DNA from: Marsupella aquatica | Lineage: Eukaryota > Plantae > Marchantiophyta | NCBI GenBank assembly: GCA_973895155.1 | Contig: OZ316897.1 | Coordinates: 20,674,260 to 20,738,259 of the forward strand | Direction: 5' to 3' | Length of the DNA stretch: 64,000 nt | Shown here: piece after piece, positions 40,799-54,042 of the stretch | How the letters are laid out: every line of letters begins with the position of its first letter | Position numbering within the stretch: position 1 is the stretch's first letter | Notes under the pieces: model-generated | Told to the model about the DNA's origin: nothing | Databases searched by the model: none | Seen by the model: the letters and a program-made list of their open reading frames with translations, nothing else | Position numbers and translations under genes: made by a program

Positions 40799-43700
40799 TC
40801 AAATTGTCGTTCGGATTTCTAGCTATATATTCAAAACGAATACACGAGTCAGTGCCACACGCAAGAGAATTCCAGCCACTTTCTATTCCCGTTCAAGAAG
40901 AAACGACATTGAAATTAGAGACACAAACAGTATCATTCATTCGATCGATGCACGAGGATGAAAGACAATTCACTTTAGACATCAGTGAACTCAACTTAGA
41001 ATTGAGGTCCTCACTGTGTGTGTAATGATACAAAACCTTAGTTATTTATTACCCAATGTAGAGTGACAAAGGGCCAACAAAATGCAAGAACAAAATGGCA
41101 AAAAAGACCAGAGAGGACCAAACGGAAACCAACGAAAGAACATCATTTTCAGCAAGGAAGAAAAACCATTGAGGTATGTCAAAGAAGGGAACGTTTTAAT
41201 GTGAAGAACACACAGCGCTCTTGCAAGTGGAGTAAAACCTTTTAAGCAAGAATTAAGAGGTATCGCAAAGAGGGCAACCTTTGAATCTGAAGGACGAACA
41301 ACTACTCTTGCAACTAGAACAATTTAGCTTTTTAAACAAATGAAGGAACCTAGGAGTGAATCGAGTACCACCGGTTAGGTCAGATGGTTCCCACTTAAAG
41401 GGTGTCAAGCTTGGATTCAAAGCTTTTGGTACGTAAGAAGTGTTATACACTTTGGCGATCCGATCATTCCTTAGGGGCAATCCAGATTGCAAAGTTATGT
41501 GCTATTCAATTCAATGGTGGATACTCGTGGTTGAGAGATGGATTTTATTTCTTCAAGTGTCCTTCGGTGTTCCACTTGCTCTTGCAACTATTTCCCGGAT
41601 TGTCCATTTTTCTAACTTGGGGACCCGATGTACAAAACTTGAGGATCTAATGGACAACTTTGTGAGAATGTTGCCTATTGCAAACATATTGGGAATATGG
41701 ATGTTGAATGCTATTGAACTAAAGTATGATCACAAACTATAGTATAGATAAACAAATAGTCAGTCTCAAAATTTAATGGTATTTTTGTAACTTGGGTAAC
41801 TTATAGGGGTAATTCTGTACTTTTTCCTTCCCTTTTTACTCGCGAGGTCTGGGCGTGAATTTCTGTCTCATGTCTATCGAATACAAATCGTGGAGATTGT
41901 GGAGAATTGTGGAGAAGGTTCACAAGGGCGTGACGTTTGAAGAAGCTCGAATAGAGTAAGAGGGGTGAATCGAGAAGGAGATTCGGGAGCCGTGCTAAAG
42001 GTTTAGCTCTTTAAACTTCTGTCCAATTTCATTGAGTTGACAGTCGTTCTGCGGTTTTAATCGAAATGGATCGGTAGAAGACAGAAAGGGGACTTCGGAA
42101 ATGCCAACGCTGAAGGTATCATACCGATTAGATGTTTCGGTCTTCTCCTTTGAAGTGTAGCTGTTCTTCTTATTTTGAAATCTGAACACTGTCTGTGAAT
42201 CTCGTTTCCATTACATTCTGATAGGCCAACATTTCATGCTGTTCACAGCCGATCGAATTCTCCAGGCGTGCGCAGTGTAAACAATTACGCCGTTTGCGCA
42301 GGGCTACTCAAATTTGTATAAAACAACGAACACAATTGTGTGCATGTCGATGATGTTCGTCGCTTGATTGTGGACCCCCTTTGCTTACGTGATTTGCACG
42401 ATAATATGTCATCTGACTACGGTCCTTTCCAGTCTTCCTCTCGATGTTCAAGTTAGTAGAAGGACTTTCAGGTAGAGAGACTTCTGGATTTTTCTTCTGT
42501 AATATGGGAGTACATGTCTGGTGAAAGATCTCTACAGGTGAAAGATCTGCCAATAGAATATTGACGCGCTTGGGAGTTATACATGTCTGGTTGTGTAATC
42601 TCTACAGGTTGCAATATTATATTGACATGCTTGGGAGTTTTCACATTTTTCATTCGGCTTGATTCATTCCAACGCTATGGAAATGGAAGTCACCTTCTAC
42701 AGCGATTGACCTGCGTCGCTCTAAGTCATGACGCTGGCGCTTGTACCTTCCCTTTAGAAATCTGCTGATCCGCCACCATCCTGGTCCCTCGTCTGGTTTT
42801 ACTCTAGAGAACTCACATTCGTACTTTTGGACGGGATTGCATCTGCAGCGCCTGGCTTGTTCTCAAACCTTACGGCATTACGAAAGGAAGAGGAATATAT
42901 TTGTGTTGGCTTATGGCAAGCAGCAGTGTACATTGACAACAAGTCGCGCCATCGATCAGCACGAGACGGAAGAAGCGGCAAAACTCAGCAACCATCGACC
43001 GGGCCATCGAGCGACACAGGCGAAGCTGTAAATTGAATGATACATTTCCAGACAAAGTACTCTATCTTTATGCAGATTCTGGCAATCCAGGTCATACTGC
43101 CTCAATCGTCTTTTGCCTTGTGTTAAACAGAATGCTAAGTGGTAGCTCGCAGGGGGAGACAACTCAAACCTTACTTGTAGTGGTGGATCGAAACGCGATT
43201 GCAGCGAGATCCGGAGTCGTTGTGACGTTGCCCGGTGCCAGCCAGCGATCAGCCTGCAGCCACGCGAGATAACCTCCAGTAGAGATGGCACCAGAGCTTC
43301 CAGTGGCTTTCTACAGCTTCGAGCTAGTTTTCATCAATAACTGAAGGACCGCCAATGCTCGCCGATTATCGTCTTGCCTCGTCTCGTTGGAGGAAGCCCG
43401 TGGACTCTGCCTTTACCCCGCCGCCCCCACTTTTGTTTCAATGATGAACTTCAAGAAAACCTCTCGGGCAGATGGGCGGATATGATTCCTCGCCTTCTCG
43501 GGGCCGCGTACCCATCCACATCTCCTCTCCGTCGCGTTCGCGCTGTTTTAAAAACCATTTCGATTTTTTAGCCTTCGTAGGAGTTTGACTTACATTGGGA
43601 TCCCATCCGAGCTGAAAGGTTTGAATGGAGATCCCACCCCAGCTCATGACTGGAATAAAGAATTTTAAACTGATGGATCTACTTTACATCGGAGGGACAA

Positions 43701-43990
43701 GATCTGAAGGAGAGGGAGGACGAAAGGTTTTCTGGTTAACAGTCAGTCTGCGCTGCTTAACGGCAGTTGCTGACGTTGCTACTGGCGACATTGTTTCTCA
43801 TGTCAAAAAGTCGCGACTGTGGATTCAATTATGTCGCGTCATGGCGTTCCTCCGGAGAACGAACTTTTGTAAGGATTTCTAGAGTGAAAAATCGTCCGGT
43901 GATTCGTTGATAAAATTCATTCCGTTCCTTCGAGGCACAGAAAGATGACTGCAGTCTATAAAGCCAATCTCTGACTGCATCTTTTTCTTT

Positions 43991-44407
43991 CTGGCATTGA
44001 TTGATGTGGACGAAGTTCCTAAACTTATAGGGCTTTGAAAAGTGACCTCTCCTGTATTACTTGTAGAGGATGTTCCATCTAGTCCTTTGAACTTAGATAC
44101 AGTAAAAACTACAATTGCTATGCTTTCTGGCAATGATTGACGTGTGCACGAAGTGCTAAAACTAACAGAGCTTTCAAAAGTATTCTCTCGACAGGAGATT
44201 GCTTGTAGAGGTTGTTCTATCTATTCCTTTAGACTTAGACTAGAGTGAAATCAACAATTTCTATGCTTTGTTATCCGGCAATGATTGATGTGCACGAAGT
44301 GCCAAAACTTACCGAGCTTTGAAAAGAAATGTCTGGACAGGAGATGCTTGTAGAGGATGTCCCATCTAGTCCTGTAGACTTAGACTCGAGTAAAGCAACC
44401 ATTGCTA
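43991..44407. repeat. Three diverged tandem units of 136-148 bp
   Basis: C(T/C)GGCA(T/A)TGATTGA starts at 43991, 44127 and 44275. All units share CTTGTAGAGG(A/T)TGT and ACTTAGA. Confidence 0.8.
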
Positions 44408-46260
44408 CAGAAGGACGATACCTCCGTGGGATTCTGCCCCAGTTCCGAGGAGATAGACTCATCAAAGGTTAGAAAAGTTCAGAAGATAGTGTTGTAAATT
44501 CGTAGTAAGAAGCTCTGCTCAATATTCACTGTGCAGCATATTCGGAAGGATTGTGCAATGAACAGTCAGCGCACTCTTGTCACGGTAATTCTGAATTTCG
44601 TCTTCCCGAACGTTAATATATTGGGTGAGAATGGTGACGATGAAGGTCATGAGTGAATCTATTCTTGCAAGACAGCTGCGTTGCCTGAGTGCCATTCGGC
44701 TGAGAGGAGAGCCAAAGTACTCCTAGTGCAGTCCAGTTCTGGCATACTGCGATGAGTCCCCTGAAGCAATGGGGAGGGAACCTTAGGTTTCTAACATGCT
44801 CCATGGAATTGATCGATTTCCTGTGCTACAGAAAGTGTCCATCAATAACCTTGGGACCAGTACCTATTGTGAGTAAAGTGGGATTGGAATATCGTCTCCT
44901 TTAAAGGGGTAATAAGCATAAGGTTTTCTAGACCCTTTTTCCGGATGTCTCTGGAGTTTGCTTTTGAGTTACATTGGTGTGAGCACCGAGCTCGACTTAG
45001 CTTTAGTCCCTGGCTTGTGCAGGCAGTAATAAGTGCAGAGCACTGGGAGGGGCTAATGGAAACAACGAGGCGCATATATTGCACTAAGCTACATTAACGA
45101 CAGTACGCCACAACCTGAGTGTGTGAAAAAGTGCCTCGTCGTCGGTACAGGCCATTTACAAGCTGGAGTACATCGCAGAACTTTGCCTCTTGGCATAGAT
45201 AGAGAAAGAGGCGAGCTCCTTGAAACGGAGACCTAATGTCCCAGACCATTTTGGCAACTTTCTTATTACTGAACGGATCACTAGAGTCCTCGAGTCAGCA
45301 ATATTCGATATTGCCGTCCCACAAAGTCACCCTCATCACGGGCTCGACTCAACTGACAGTAAGTCTATCGACAGAGTTCATCAGTCCTCTCCACAAATCC
45401 TTTTTCCCCCAATTTTAGAGTTTCTTTGTGCATTACGAGGTTTCTACCTCTGTAGGTTCAGGACTTCTGTTCTGTTTTTCTTCCACCTGTCAGTCGAAAA
45501 CGATGCTACATTGTGGTGACAGAGAATTGAGGCCCGAGTGGCGACCGAAGGTAAGCCATGGCCCGCGCAGTCTTAGATTACAGAAAGACAGTTTTGGGGA
45601 TGATGCCACAACACGACCCTAGCCGCTTTCAGTTTGAGATCACTTGACGCGTGCCAGCATCCACAAATTTCTTTCGTACAGGAAGGACGCAGTGACGAAT
45701 TGAGCTCTTTCGTACAGGAAGGAAACAGTGACACATTGAGCTACAAAAATTGAACGGAGAGAAGCACGACAGATTCTCTAACGAGTATTGTAGTGTGTCT
45801 CGATGGGAGAATCTTTCTGAAAGAAAACAATTTTTGCAGGACTCTGCAGTGACACATTACCTGATTGTCATGATTAAGGCATCGCATTTCATCCCATGTG
45901 TGTGCAATTTGGGCTGGCTGTCCGTTAGCTGACTCTAAACAGGTGGCAGACTCGTTGACGGTCCTTCCCAAAGCAGTCGTTTGGTTAAAATTATACAGTC
46001 TGCTCAGTAAACAATCGCTGCCCTCACGACGAGTGGGATCTGGTGCATGAAATTTGAGCCTAGTCACGCCTGGGATTGTCCAGGTGGTAAGGAAGTGCAA
46101 CCACTACACCACTTGTCGACGCTGTAGGTTGATTTCCTATACGGGAATGGCCTCTCCATGCCAGAAACTTGAGGCTGCGCCAATGTTTGTCAGATTTTCG
46201 ATAGAACGTACAGTTTGGTTCCTGAAACTGACATGTCAGTTCAAAAAACTATGTACGACA

Positions 46261-47320
46261 CTTCTGGCAACACATTTTGGGATCGATGGCACTTAGTATT
46301 TCCCTCCGAACTCTAAGTACACTTTTGGCACCATAGTTTGGGATGACACTGAGACTTTTTCTGAATTCTAACTGTACTTTTGGCAGCACATTTTGAAATG
46401 GCACTATGAGTCTCCCTGCAAACTATACTTTTGGCAGCAGATTATAGCATGGCAGTTTGAGTCTCTCTCAGAATCGAACTCTTCTTTTAGCGCGTCAGAT
46501 TTTGGAATGGCACTTTTGAGTCCTCTCTGCAGTCCAACGATATTTTTGGCTCCACATTTTCGGATGGCACTCTCAGTCTTCTCTGAATCTAACTATACTT
46601 GTACCAGCACATTTTGGATGGTACTGAGTCTCTCTGGGAACTCTACCTATACGTTTCGGAGCAGATTTTAGGATGGCACTTTGAGTCTCTCTCAGAATCT
46701 AACTATACTTTCAGCGCGGTAGCTTTTGGAATGGCACTTGAGTCCTCTCTGAAGTCACTATATTCTTGGCTCCACATTTTCGGATGACATTTTCAGTCTC
46801 TCTGAATCGAACTCCACTTTTACGAGCACATTTTGGGATCGCACTTTTGAGTCTCTCAGGGAACTCTAACTGTCTCTCGGGGATTTCTAACTATACTTTT
46901 GGCAGCAGATTTTAGGACGGCATTATGAGTCTCTCTCGGAACCTAACTGTAGTTTCAGAGCGGCAGATTTTGGTATGGCACTTTTGGGTCCTCTCTGAAG
47001 CCTAACTACATTTTTTGCTCCACATTTTCGGATGACAGTCTCTCTCTGAATCTAACTATACTTGGACGAGCACATTTTGGGATGGCACTGGGCCTCTCTC
47101 GGGAACTCTACCTATACTTTTGGCAGCAATTTTTTGGGATGGCACCTTAGTCAGAGTGCAACTCTACTTTTAGCACGGCAGATTTTGGAAGGGCGTTTTG
47201 AGTCTTCTCTGAAGTCTAGCTGTATTTTTGGGAGCACATTTTCAGATGGCACTCTCGCTCTCTGAATCTAACCATACTTTTACCAGCAGATCTTGGGATG
47301 GCACTTTAGAGTCCTCTCTC
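46261..47320. repeat. Minisatellite of about 19 monomers of about 55 bp with a 4-monomer higher-order period
   Basis: Monomer consensus is roughly GGCAGCACATTTTGGGATGGCACTTTGAGTCTCTCTGAATCTAACTATACTTTT. The variant GCTCCACATTTTCGGATG recurs at 46549, 46769, 47017 and, degenerate, at 47231. Confidence 0.9.
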
Positions 47321-48241
47321 CCCACGCAGCCGAAAATTCAAGTACTGTAACTTTTTTTCTTGACAGAAACGAGCCGGTTAGGTGCCAGCAGGACCGATGA
47401 AATCATACGAAGTAAACTGACGTTTTGGCACAATGACAACAATTTACGAGGATGAACGTCCACCTTCGTCACGTCGGTGTCGAATTCAAAGACTCACTGC
47501 CTGTTGATTCTACAAGAACGTCGTTCACACCATTCAATGTCAAGGGAAAAACAGGTCAGTTGGATCTGCATATCACATTGTGGCCATGAACTGATCAAAT
47601 GAACGACTTTTTCATTCAAACCAAAAACCCTGCATTACATTTCTTGCCGAGGATGGCATCTACATCTGAAGCCTAACCCACTACATTTCCCGTCGCGGTT
47701 GGTATCTACGTATCAAAATCCGAAGCTTATTTACATCCTCAACCCTTCCAACACAGAGATGCTACACATGCTGAAGACGAGACCAGCAAAATTTTCTGCT
47801 TTAAAAACAGCAGACATTTTATCTCCTCTTGGAGAGATTAATTCCGAGTCCGCACGTTCCAAATCACCGAGCCCGTGCAAAGTGTCGTCTGCACCAAAGA
47901 AAACGATTGGGGACCTGTACTACGATTCAATCCAGCCCACCGCGTCGGCTTACCGATCAAGGGAAGGTAAGAAAAGTGAGTTCGAAATCAGTGCGCAAAA
48001 CTGTTGAGTTTTATAACCGACCGGCGGATGGCCCAGGCAAACCGAGGGAAGATCCGCGACGATAAGTTGGCAGTGGCATTGATGAAACCTTAGTCCGTCC
48101 CTTGTCTGGCACTCGTCAGAGAAAGTTTGGAGTTGAAAGCTAACAATGCGTCCCAAAACTGTTGAGGTTATTCCAAGGAAAATTGTTGAGGTTGTGCACG
48201 AGGCAATTGCAAGAGGACGCTTATGCGTGTTGATTCTTTAA

Positions 48242-49468
48242 TTACTTGCTGCCATCCGCCAGGGGTAGACTGAAAGAGCTCGAACGTCGACAGGACGCGA
48301 AGAACTGCGACTGATTGGTGATCGATGGAGCACGGGCAAGTGGCTCCACGGGTAGCCGGTCACAATTACAGACTTCGATCATGAATCCGTTGGGATCGTG
48401 GAAGAAAATTTGGTCGACTAGAATCCCTCCTTCTTCGACTTCCAGGCGCTTGTATTTGATGCCGCTCTCTTGCAGTTTCTTTTCCACCTCGTCGATGTCT
48501 TCACACTGCGATTCACCCACAGGCACGTAATGTCAACAATGGAGGCTAATGGATATCGATGGCGGGAATTTCTCAACTATTATTGAAGACATCACAACAG
48601 TAGATGGACACAGCGAAACGATTGTAACGATTGGAGGCATATGTTTAATACGATATCCTCGTGGGAGACAACGTTAAACTTTGGATATAATAGTGTTTCT
48701 GCCATGCATCGGAGCATCGTCACCACATCATCAGAGAGTTCGGAAATCATGGTGCCATTTGACTATATTGCGTTGATCGGGAGCGAAGAAATGATCGACG
48801 CTGACAAGTCGAAGCTTTTCGCATTGTGGCATAGGCAAGTATCATTCCTCTTTCCAAGCTAGAGAAAACCGTCATCAGTTCTGTTCCACGTTATTAACGC
48901 AGCAATTCTTGCTCGAAGCTCCGTAAAACATCTTCCACCATGAATCAAATGGTAAGGAAAAACCACTCACGTATATTACAGAGTGCAAATTTTAAGTTTT
49001 AGAGCAGGTAGGAAATAACTAAATACCTGGAAGGACAAATGGTCGTCCTGAGGATTGATCTCTTTCTCTTTAGGAGCGTCTCGAACTTGGTCCTCGTCCT
49101 GATTGTGCGGCAGTGGTAGCAGATGGACTCCGATGCCATAATTGAAAAGCCTACACGCAAACGTGGCAACAAGAATTCATTCAAATCTGTTCTACATTTG
49201 AATTCATTAGTTTCAAGTCTTCAACAGAACTCTACGTCTACTCTTGAATCGGTAGCAAGTTCTCCGCAAAGAGAATGTTAGACCTTTACCAGTGGCCTTG
49301 GCAACCGAGGTCTCCCGGCCTCTTGATCTCAACGAACCCGAGAACCCCTTCGTAGAACTTCAGACACGCCGCCAAATCGCGGCATTTTCTCGACACATGA
49401 TTGATGCAAGACAACGGGAGGGCAGTTGGCCTCCGCAGCTTGGACACATTCGTCTCCCCCACAACCAT
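48242..49468 (-). CDS. Glyoxalase I-like / VOC-fold (lactoylglutathione lyase family) protein, 188 aa
   Basis: Exons 49468-49290, 49150-49027, 48505-48242, in phase. Motifs INHVS...FYEGVLGF..IKRP, WLFNYGIGVHLL, INPQDDHLSFQC, QIFFHDPNGFMIEVCNC. Confidence 0.92.
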
Positions 49469-49866
49469 TTCCGCGAACAGCAGTCCCACCACTCAATCTC
49501 CGATCACCTCCTATTTCTCTAACAAACAGAATCTCCTCGATCGAGCTCTGCAGCGTTGGCTGGACGGATGCATGGACGACAAAACAAGAATTACTCTTCT
49601 CAAGCTCGACAATCTTGGTCGTTCTCGCGCTCTAAAATACCCTTTTCCGCTGCTGCTTCTGCTGCTACGAGGGAGGAGGAGCTTCGAGACAATACTACAC
49701 AATCATGAACTCCATCGCTGCGCAGCGCTCCGCAACCGACAGCATTTAGTTGGAGCTGCCAGCAGTCGCGGCACAGGTTTTCCATGTAGCAGCCATCGTA
49801 CAGACGAGGAATTGCATGCAAATCTGCCAGAGCAGAATTGCATGTGGTCTGGGAAAACCGAACCAT

Positions 49867-50090
49867 CCGAAGCAAACCATGTGACTCGTCTCTTCCAGTC
49901 CCGCCCCCACCCGAACGGGAACTACCGAAGCAAGCAATGTGATTCGTCTCTTCGAGTTCCGCCCCGGCCCGAACGGGAACTACCGAAGCAAGCCATGTGA
50001 TTCGTCTCTTCGCATTCCGCCCCGGCCCGAACGGGAAGTGCCGAAGCGAGCCATGTGATTCGTCTCTTCGAGTTCCGCCCCGGCCCGAAC
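49867..50090. repeat. 4 x 58-bp GC-rich tandem array upstream of the glyoxalase gene
   Basis: CCGAAGC starts at 49867, 49925, 49983 and 50041. Unit consensus CCGAAGCAAGCCATGTGATTCGTCTCTTCGAGTTCCGCCCCGGCCCGAACGGGAACTA. Confidence 0.92.
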
Positions 50091-53000
50091 CACTGGACCG
50101 GGGCAGGGCCCGCAGGTTAAGGGATGGTTAGGCCAGATTAATTTTAAAGGTTTTTCCTTTTCTGCTCTATACTAAGCTCTTTTCGTTTGGTCTTATTAAG
50201 CAGTTGTCCCTTGTTTTCCCCCTTATTAGGGAGTCTCAATTCGCTACTTCTGCAACCATTTCCCATAACCAGAATGCTGAGAGGCGGGTTGCAGAGGGCG
50301 AATCTGTGGTTCCCACAAAACATACCTGTCAGTAACTTGGGCGATCAGTATACCAATGCCCGAATGAAAAATTGTTTCGGGAAAATCTATTGGTGCCATT
50401 GAATAATTGAGGATGTTAAGGTGGGTGCATGCTGTGACCTGTCTCAAATAGAAAACCCCATCAATTTGGGTTTAGGTCAGGGTTGGAAATGGAATTTTCC
50501 TGTAGAGGCTGACTGAAAAAAAATGGGGAAACAGCCTCCTTGAGACGCCCTATTAGGTCTTCTGCCTTTGGGATCATGTCTCCCAAATCCAGGTTTGGCA
50601 GTTTTGTTCTTTGGCAATGTGTGATATATATGAAGTACCCCAAACAGCATAACCAAGGATAAGTACACCATGACTCATGCTAATTAATCCGTGGACCCCC
50701 ATGTTAGTTTAGAGACACTTATCTAGAAACTTAAGCCTAGATGGACCTCCAAATCTAAAGAAAAAAAAACTCAAAAATGGACAAGTCAATGTTTGAAACT
50801 TGAAACAGTTGCCAACTTGGCAACCATAATTAGCATCAATCGCAAAACCAACTGCAATGTGAACTATTGTTTAATGTGTGGGTAGCTTAATTGCCTACTT
50901 CAGCAAAACAGTGCTCGACCGTTTCCTCCAAGTACCGAAGGGATGCACTCAAGTTGCATCGAAAGTAATCACTTTTCAATTCCTACACGCAGATAGACGA
51001 AGAGAGAGAAGTCATCAAATCACTAACTTCGCATAATAGTTGAAGTCAGACAAAAAGTTTCATGGAAACAAATCTCCAATTGTGAAATTTGGAATCGATC
51101 GAAAGCTAGAGAAATTTAGAAACTCGTGACCACTTTAGTATTTGATAAAATCTCCCAATGTTACACACTCATTGGAAAGCTAGAGAACATTGGAAACTTA
51201 TAATCTCCTAAGAACTCAACTAAATTTATCAATGTTAAGTTCATTAAACAGCTAAAGAAATTCTAAAATTCAGAATCTCCTTAATACTCGATAAAATCTG
51301 TCAATTTTAGATTCATTCTCATGGAATGGGTCAACATTTCAAGGGTTGTACAACAAAGATTTCTATTCACGTTAGAGATTATGAAATCACGGGTAAAATC
51401 TATTTTTCAAATCGTGATCAGCTCTCCTTACCAAATCGTCTCTTCAAGATCTTTCTAACGCCATATTATACGTGAGTTTTCATTATGATTTGACTCAGTA
51501 ATGTCAAATTAAAAATTGCTACAGGGAAAATTTCATGTTTTGAATAAAATCAAAATGTAAATAAAACCGTTACTGGGAACAGTTTTACCTCAATCTTTTT
51601 GTCTTTTTATTTGCATGTCAATTTTTGTACATTCTTTTTTACGACATGGCGTCCCAGTTTTTACAGCAAACTTGCCACAAACACGAATGCAGAAGTTGAT
51701 TTTATCCAAAAACAAGTCTCTTCCTGTTTGCAGCGTGCCATGATGATGTGGCGCATTGTGGAGCCAAGAATTTTGCAAAGGACCCCTAATGGGGGTCCGT
51801 AATTATACCCCAGTTTCAGGTTTGGCATTTTTATGTTTTTTTGCAATGTGTGATATATATAGTGCCTAAATACTACACAGCCAAAGATAATTCCACCATG
51901 ACTTATGCTAAATGTACCCGTAAATACATTCCAAATAATAAAATCATGTGGGAGTCAAATGTGTCACATTTTTGTTAGGATTATTCATGAAGGATTCCTT
52001 TGTGCTATGACTGGTTTATTGAGGAAATTTGTTCTTTCAGGGCTGATATTTTCAAAAGTAGTAGCCTTGACTTGCCAAATCCTTGTAGCTCGTAAATTTC
52101 CTTCATGAAAAAATCAAATTGGTTTCACAAACTGGCAAATTCTTTTTTATGGACTGGGTGATTTGCAAACAATGTGTCATGACAAAAATGTGACACATAT
52201 ACTCCGGGTGACTAACAGTCCAGAATGGTCCATGTTTGACCTGAGGACCCCGATGGACAAACCATGTTTTGACACCCTAAAAAGTAAACACTGATACCAT
52301 TTGACAAAGGAAAAACATTCCAAACGGTCCATGCAACCACAATGTTTGACCTGTTTGACTTCCAACTAAGCAAGCATTTTTTTACGCCCTCAAAGTGAAC
52401 ACTTGTACAAAGAAAAGGTATCAATAATTAACAGTCCAAACAATCCATGCAGGTTTTGACAATTCACCCAAATATTTTGTCAAATGTCATACATTATGGG
52501 TTTGCTTTACATAATATGGGATTCACTAGATTGCCACTCTTTTTTTGCATAATAATTACCTTGTCAATAGTTTTCTTTTATTTATCACAACACTACTATT
52601 TTTGTTTGTTAAGACATTTAACCCCAATTAGCTCCTTCACATCCGATGGCTACATTGCACCCAGTTTGGGGATCAAATGGCCTGGGTCTCCCTCGAGGAG
52701 TTGATTGAGGGGCAGGTCAGGTAGTTCCATCCTCACATCCTACACATGGCCTTTGTCAAGGGCCAGCCTGTCCCTGCGCATAGCCTTTGCTTCTGTCCAG
52801 CCAGGGGTGGTGGTCGAAAGTAACCTTGAGGGAGACTATAGCTGTCCGATTGCAAGACTGGGTGCAATGATAGTCATTGGATGTGATGGAGTTAAGCCGA
52901 ATTAATTTTCTCAACCCACAATCAAAAACAAATGACATTATGATAAATAGGAAAAATTCTTTGGCAATGTATGTATTATGCCAAAAAAGGACAATCTAAT

Positions 53001-53854
53001 AAATGCAGCTTCCATTGTATTCTCTACAGTTATTCCATTATTTTATTATCCACAGTTCCTGGAAAGTTAAGCCCAGCTGAACCAAGGGGTTTGTTTTGCC
53101 CATCCTCGAGTACTGTGACATGCATGGTTTCACTTTACACCCAAAATCCATAGTGTTGGGAGGCTTCACTTTGAAAGAAACCCCGAACAGTTTTTTCAGA
53201 TGTCTTGATCAACTGTGAAAGCAAACTTGTGCATTTATCTAAACAACTTTTGTATCTATGTTGCAGCTCAAAAGTTTCTAGCATGTTCATGTCCAATCTC
53301 TTACGTGTGAAACCATTTGGTCCATGGCCAATGATTGCAAAGATGATCAAATATTATAAACTAATAGTCAACTGACACTTTACTTTTGTGAAGAATGCCC
53401 AAGTGAAGAATGCCCAAGTGAAGAATGCCCTCAGTACTTGGGCACAAGCACCAACACCACTTTGGGAAAGGATGCTTCACTTTTATGAAGAATGCCCTGA
53501 GTATTTTGCATGAGCCACGGCGTACAGGTCACATATGAGTAAAAAGTGTAAAGAGTATTATCCGAGTAGATTTTGATGTTCTGAGTCAGTCCATCCCAGG
53601 TTCAGAAATCCTTGGGGGATTCACAGCAACCCCCTCAGTCCATCCAGGCTGAAACATATAAGGAGAACTTGGTTCCCATTGTATCCTCCACAGTTCAGTT
53701 TTGATTATATTCTCTAGAGTTCCTGGGAATGTATTATGAGAACTTGGTTTCCATGTATCCTTCACAGTTCAGTTTTGACAGATTGATACTTCATCCCAGT
53801 TTAGGATTTGACATATTGACATGTCATGTGAGCATCTTGTGGAACACCAATACA

Positions 53855-54042
53855 TGGGAACTTCCGTTTCTTTATAGAAGCCCGACTACTCTTCCTTCAG
53901 ACTTACATAAAGGAGAAGAAGGCCTGCCATGGTCAGTTTGCTAGACACTGGGAACTTCCGTTTCTTTATAGAAGCCCGACTACTCTTCCTTCAGACTTAC
54001 ATAAAGGAGAAGAAGGCCTGCCATGGTCAGTTTGCTAGACAC
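53855..54042. repeat. Perfect 94-bp tandem duplication
   Basis: TGGGAACTTCCGTTTC...GTTTGCTAGACAC at 53855-53948 and 53949-54042, with no mismatch seen. Confidence 0.92.

Noticed and set aside
41805-41827. Mutator-like terminal sequence (reverse complement GGAAAAAGTACAGAATTACCCC)
   Set aside because: No partner TIR or TSD was found in the window, so it is not supportable as an element.
46261-47320. CRISPR-like appearance of the regular array
   Set aside because: Whole monomers are homologous with no unique spacers, there are no cas genes, and the context is eukaryotic.
49401-50000. 199-aa plus-strand ORF
   Set aside because: Antisense to glyoxalase exon 1 and 5' UTR, runs into the 58-bp array, and has no domain.
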